Assembly (NCBI GenBank): GCA_032718475.1 | Contig: JAUCBJ010004755.1 | Coordinates: 1 to 50,685 of the forward strand | Origin: Nemertoderma westbladi | Taxonomy: Eukaryota > Animalia > Xenacoelomorpha | DNA: 50,685 bases | Direction of reading: 5' to 3' | Shown here: positions 45,120 to 50,685 of the stretch, one piece after another | Layout: the number at the start of each line of letters is the position of its first letter | Position numbering within the stretch: the first letter of the stretch is position 1 | Position numbers and translations under genes: made by a program | Notes under the pieces: generated by a model | What the model saw: the letters and a program-made list of their open reading frames with translations, nothing else | The model's database searches: none | What the model was told of the DNA's origin: nothing

Positions 45120-45827
45120 CAGTACAGGCCACCAGAAAACGCAGATTTGTACAATTGTGAACACATTTTATCAAATGTGTACCAGTGTAATGTAATGTTG
45201 TTGAACGGGACAATTGAACACAATTGAACATAATTGAATTGGCAACAACCACAATTTTTTCGCCAAAGGATACAATTGAATACTTTTGAAAAGCTTAGTA
45301 ATCTGGAAACTCTCTGTAGTTTGCCGCTAACTGTCACTCACTGCAGCTGGAAATGCGATAAGGATATTGTTTACCTTTATAGTGTGCGGTTAATAGTGTC
45401 TAGTAGGCAGGCCTATAGTTTGTGATGTTAAGGCATCTTCTGGTGTTTCTCTGTGCCCTCTCGGTGTCAGACTAATGGCGCGACATCTCCCTGCACTAAA
45501 TTAATTATTCAATGGTCTAGGTTCCTCCATCCATATACCCATCCACTCCCATACACTCTATGAACCTCCATGTGGTCTTGTATGTAGTTCTCTCTCTACC
45601 AATACAGCCCATGTCCGCAATGTTACGCCCTGGGAGCTCTCTCATCTACCTCATATCAGACATACAGGCGCACCGCACACAAAGCCTTTGTCGGTACCAG
45701 CAAGTTAGCCTCCTGCTGTGTGATCTAGAAGATAACTCGCCATAACCTGCCAATCAGATGACTTGAACAAATGTGTTCACATGTGATCACATTGGATGAA
45801 ATCTGCTTTTTCTGGTGGCCTGTACTG
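45120..45827. mobile_element. Tc1/mariner-type MITE (708 bp)
   Basis: 29-bp TIRs cagtacaggccaccagaaaa(c/a)gcagattt with one mismatch, flanked by TA on both sides. Confidence 0.88.
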
Positions 45828-46671
45828 TAATACGTATATAAAATGAATAAAATAACTTTTTAGGCCGCGTTCACACTACCGAGTCAAAGTCAAAGTTAAC
45901 CATATTAAACCTGGGGGGGGGGGGGGGGAAGGGGCCAATATGACCCCCCCCCCCCCGTGGTTTTTTTATTATAATTCTGAAACAAACGCAGTTGGGAATC
46001 TGAAATTTTATGACTTTTCCTAAAAATCTATTGTATTCCAAGTAGTGAAAACCGTTTTCAAAAATATTGGGTAGTTTTCGAGTTATAGCACCATTTTTTA
46101 ACCCTACTTTTGGCACTTTTTTTTGAGACGTTTTTTGAAAATTACATTTCATTAAATATGAATTGTAACATCTCCTATATCCTATTTACCTATATCCTAT
46201 TCCTAATATCCTATTTTTTATTTACACCGGTTTTTTGGTCTTAGTCTTAGCAATTGGATGGAATTCATATAAATTGATTCAGAAATTTCAAACTTGTTTT
46301 TTTCGGCGGGTGCCAAATTTTGGTGCCAGAACCAAATTTTGAAATATGTCAATTTTGTAAATTGATTGTTTGAAACTTGTTTTTTACGCAATTGGGGTTT
46401 TTTGGGGTTCTGGTTTCGATGAAATATATACGAGTTGCACCAAGTGTATCAAACTTGTATTTTTCGGTGCTGTGTGCAAATTTTGGTACTAGCACGAAAT
46501 TTTGAAATTCCATTCAATAGATAAAATTGCTTGTGACAATTTATTTCTTGCATTTTAGAGGTTTATGGCTGTTCTGAATTCAATGGAATATATAATTATC
46601 GAACTAGACATCTCAAACTTAATTTTCAATTAATGTAATTCTTCTTCTTTGACTTAATTTAACTTAATTCA

Positions 46672-47425
46672 AAATTTTCATTTGCTGCAATTTGGTCAAA
46701 GGACGTAATTGAAGTCTCTTCGGTTAGCAAGATACTAAATTTTATGGTAGCTAGTGTTTTAGATAGGTTTAGCTAGTAATTTCAACACTGGTTCCGACAT
46801 CCTACTTCCCTCTATAAATTTTTTGTAGTAACTAGTACTTATTACTATTTGTATAGAAAATGTTCCAGAACATGTTAGATGTTCATTTTTAAAAAAGTTA
46901 TGTTCTAGAACAAATATTTTTTGTTCTAGAATATTTTTTAGAAAAAAATCTGGATTCGATTTAAAACGCATGGAATCGTTCTAAAACGTGTTTAAAATCA
47001 ATAAAAAAAATTGTGAAAAAAAAATATTGTGAATAAAATTATTTGAAAAAAAAATTTTGAAAATTTTTATATATTGATTTTAAACACGTTTCAGAAGGAT
47101 TCCATGCGTTTTAAATAGAATCTAGATTTTTTTCTAAAAAATGTTCTAGAACAAAAAAGATTCGTTCTAGAACAAAAAAGATTCGTTCTAGAACGTGATT
47201 TTTTCTTAAAATGAATAGCTAACATGTTCTGGAACAATTTCTATACAAATAGTAATAAGAACTAGCTACTACAAAAAATTTATAGAGGGAAGTAGTATGT
47301 CGGAACCAGTGTTGAAATTACTAGCTAAACCTATCTAAAACACTAGCTACCATAAAATTTAGTATCTTGCTTAACGAAAAGACTTCAATTACGTCCGTTG
47401 ACCAAATTGCAGCAAATGACAATTT
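46672..47425. repeat. ~750-bp imperfect palindrome (foldback MITE-like)
   Basis: About 46672-47010 is the reverse complement of about 47070-47425 (tcatttgctgcaatttggtcaa / ttgaccaaattgcagcaaatga; aacactggttccgacat / atgtcggaaccagtgtt). Confidence 0.9.
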
Positions 47426-47846
47426 ATAGAACTCTCCCCATATCAAAATATTAAAATAGTGTAAAAAAAAATGGCCTCTTTTTTTAAGGCCAAATCGACA
47501 ACATGTTAGGCCGTATATATAGTAGGCCATGGTCAGGCCATTAATAGAAAATACCACCTATTGTTTATGTGGTAACCATGACAGCGTATTGTAATGTCCG
47601 CTAATGGGACATTACTTAACTCAATACAATACTAAATGTGCAGGCCAATACAATACTGTAATGTACTCTAAGTTGTAAAGTGCTCAATAACAACTCGCTG
47701 TTAATACTAACGGCGTTGATTAATGTTACAATTTTGGAATAAAAGACAATTACTTAACCTAATTCATTAACATTAAGTTCATGTTACAGGTACATTCACA
47801 TTCATCTAATCATCATTCAAATAGATTTATTGTAAATTCCTTTCAG

Positions 47847-48011
47847 GCATTTACTATCGACCATTTGGTATATTATTTGATTTATTTGGTGTGGTATTTA
47901 AATGTACTGATGGATCCATTGGTGTACTTCCTAACCAACGATGGTGCAAGGAGATCTCTAGTTGGAATGATAACATACAGGCGAAACGTGAAGATCAGTC
48001 GTGATAATTAG
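47847..48011 (+). CDS. Terminal exon of a class A (rhodopsin-like) GPCR: TM7 with DPxxY and helix 8
   Basis: cctttcag acceptor. Encodes AFTIDHLVYYLIYLVWYLNVLMDPLVYFLTNDGARRSL...SRDN then stop. Upstream exons not identified. Confidence 0.7.
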   Translation, partial: AFTIDHLVYYLIYLVWYLNVLMDPLVYFLTNDGARRSLVGMITYRRNVKISRDN

Positions 48012-50685
48012 GGGTACAGAAACTTTTATTGATTAATTATTATTGAACAATTATTATCAATTATCATTTAAAATATTATTTATTATAATCTTGTCAGCTC
48101 GGTCTAAAATTTCACCTTACTCTCCTTACACTCTTTCCATTTATTCAATGGTTATTTATTGTCTGTTTGGATTATTGATTTTCTCATCTTTCCAACATGC
48201 TTTTCTGACTTTTCTCATTTTATTCTTATTGAATCCCACGTGTAAAATTGATGGTTATTAATGATTTACGTTTTATATTGCGCTAAATTAACTTACTTAA
48301 TTAAAAAAAACTTAATTAATACCCTATGGTTCTTTTATTAGTAAATGCACATCCCATAAGTTAGCAGATAAGTTTACTCCTGAATTTTTATGTTCTTCGG
48401 GATTTCTGGTGGTGCTGATGCTCTAACCATGTTCTTAAAGATTTAGATTCATTACCTCTTAAGTTGAAGTTGTTGTCTTAGAGAACTGCAGGCTAAGCTG
48501 ACTGCAGGATGTGTCGATAATTTTCAACGGGGGTTAAATAAGACAAAATCCTTGCTGAAATTATCAAGTTCATATAAGCTTCGAGGACATATGCCTTTGC
48601 TTAATATAAAGGTAAACCATAAGGTAAAGCTAAGGTAAACCATATACTGTTCTGGGTTCTTTCGAGAAGGAGTTCCATCAACATTAACAAACCTGGCCAG
48701 AGATATTCTCCTCGGTGCCACATTTGGCGCGACGTCACTTGGAATTGCTACTGTTTGTTAAGCTTGCCAATATAACATTGTTTGAGAACAGACTCCAGTA
48801 GCAGTCTCTGAGCCTACCGTATTTACTTGTGCCATACAATCCCAACATATGTAGTACATTCCCATATCTTCAATTTCGTATTGAGAACTCTATTGAAGAC
48901 ATCTTGCTAGATTCATTGTCAACCTTTGGACTAAGTCTTTCACTTTTCAGACAAACAGTTTGGAATTGACATATTAACTGCTTAGGACACCACATCTCTG
49001 GACTGCAACTTGCACTCATAGATTAGCTTCTTCATATTAATCTACTGTCTGACGTCAGAAAACTTGTTATTACGTATTGAGCGTTATGCCATCCAAACAG
49101 CTTGCAGATAATGTTAATAAATAGTTTTAAGTACACAATTGTTAGTCACACTAACAGTTGTTGTTGAACTAGTTGTTTGACAAAATTTAGTATTTACACA
49201 TAAATATTCAAATTAACACTCATAAGTTTAATGAGATAGAGTTATTCACTCCACTGGCAGAGGTTTTGACAGTGCTTGTACTATCAAGTCAATAAGCTGT
49301 GTTATAGATCGATTCAACCGTTTATCTCCCATTAGTCGGAGCAACCAACGTGTAAAAGCCTTTGCTGAATTGCCCCGTTATTTTTATTATCTTTTACATT
49401 AAAATACTCTGTAGTTGATTTAATAAGTGTAAGAGACCGTATTATTACTGTATCGGTGTTTTTAGAGGATCTAAGACTTATTTCCTCCGTATGTGTATTG
49501 TGAAAGGTATATTTTTATGATTCTATGGCAATTCGTGACGCAAAGGAGTGATAGCTACTCTTGAACAGTAGTTACTATGACTACGGTTAACAGCTGACAT
49601 TCATACGTGTTGATTTCCTTTGTTCTACGGCGTCTCTCAGCTCAGTCAGCCAATGAGAGCGTTTTTGTGGCTCCTTGTACAGAGAATTTCCTAGAAATGA
49701 CGCAATGCCTATGTGCAGTGTTTACATTCAGTCTTGAGCCAAAGAAAGAACGGCTTAGAAATATTTTGTGCTGTACTGCTTTTAGTCGTACACTGGTAGG
49801 TTTAATTATAAAGGGCATATATCCTTTAACATACCAAATCATAACATATCTGACTACGGACCATGCACATGCCTATATCTCATTGCTGACATACCGGTAC
49901 TGACTTGTTGTTTTATACTGCTATTTGCTGTCAGTTCTTCATAATATGGTTGATGAATAATTATATTTGGAATAACGATAAATGACCCCGCAACCCAATA
50001 TTCTTGATATACCGAAGGTAAGAGAGAAAGGTTACCAATAACGATTGTGACTTATGTTAAAGTGGTTTGAAGTGAATCTAATGTTATTTGATAGACCCTA
50101 CATGAGTCAGCCTGTGTTCCTTTTATATATGACTAAAATCAGTGAAGATTGGCAGATTAGTGTGCAGTATTGTGCAGCATAGTGTATGAGTGAGTCTGTT
50201 AAAGAAGCAATTCCTAAAGAATGCGCCATATATGTGGATTATAATTAAGCCATATCGTTGCGAGTAGTTTAAGTCATAACTCTGTTTATGTAGAGAAAGC
50301 GCCACGTCCTAAAGGAACTGTTAATATTACCGAAGGTGAATAATATTGTCAGAGATTATATAATACTGTCAGTCGAATAATACATTAGGCTTACATAGCA
50401 ATAAAAATTAAACCGTCGAACCCAATCTCCCGGGAATATCCAGCGGGTGAATGGTCGCGCACGGATTGGTTTCGACTAGTGTAGTGAATCAAATACTTGT
50501 CATAGACTAAAAAGCAGATTTATTATCTAGAAGACATTCTAATTTGGCGGGTTAAACTGCCAAAGGTCTGAAAGCGCGAACATTAAAGGATATCGCTTCT
50601 TTATTGCAGTAAGCAATAAAGTCGAAAGTACCGGTCGACCGGTAACCAGTAGGCCTGACTGCCTGATCATCCGGACCGGTACCTA

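Overview
AT-rich animal (probably invertebrate) genomic DNA. Host genes: five 3' coding exons of a class B (calcitonin/DH31-receptor-like) GPCR (+, 3489-7615), a convergent intronless H-NOX soluble guanylate cyclase-like gene (-, 8669-10876), and a terminal TM7 exon of a class A GPCR (+, 47847-48011). The rest is mostly nested mobile DNA. It includes RTE-like LINE copies, a decayed BEL/Pao element whose LTR is split by a CR1/L2-group LINE, and a long foldback DNA element (17831-39152) holding an intact 16.7-kb BEL/Pao retrotransposon (18278-34978), an RTE copy and a solo LTR. MITEs, palindromes and minisatellites follow. The intact BEL element is the most unusual object. Its second ORF is interrupted only by in-frame TGA codons (U-G-H-U pattern) and is followed by a SECIS-like stem-loop, which makes it a candidate retrotransposon-encoded selenoprotein. 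It has no tRNA-type PBS but does have a 10-nt complement to its own LTR (candidate self-priming). It also shows long-range 5'UTR/3'UTR complementarity around gag-pol and strong enrichment of U1-type GGTAAG sites. All alignments and counts were made by eye and need computational confirmation.
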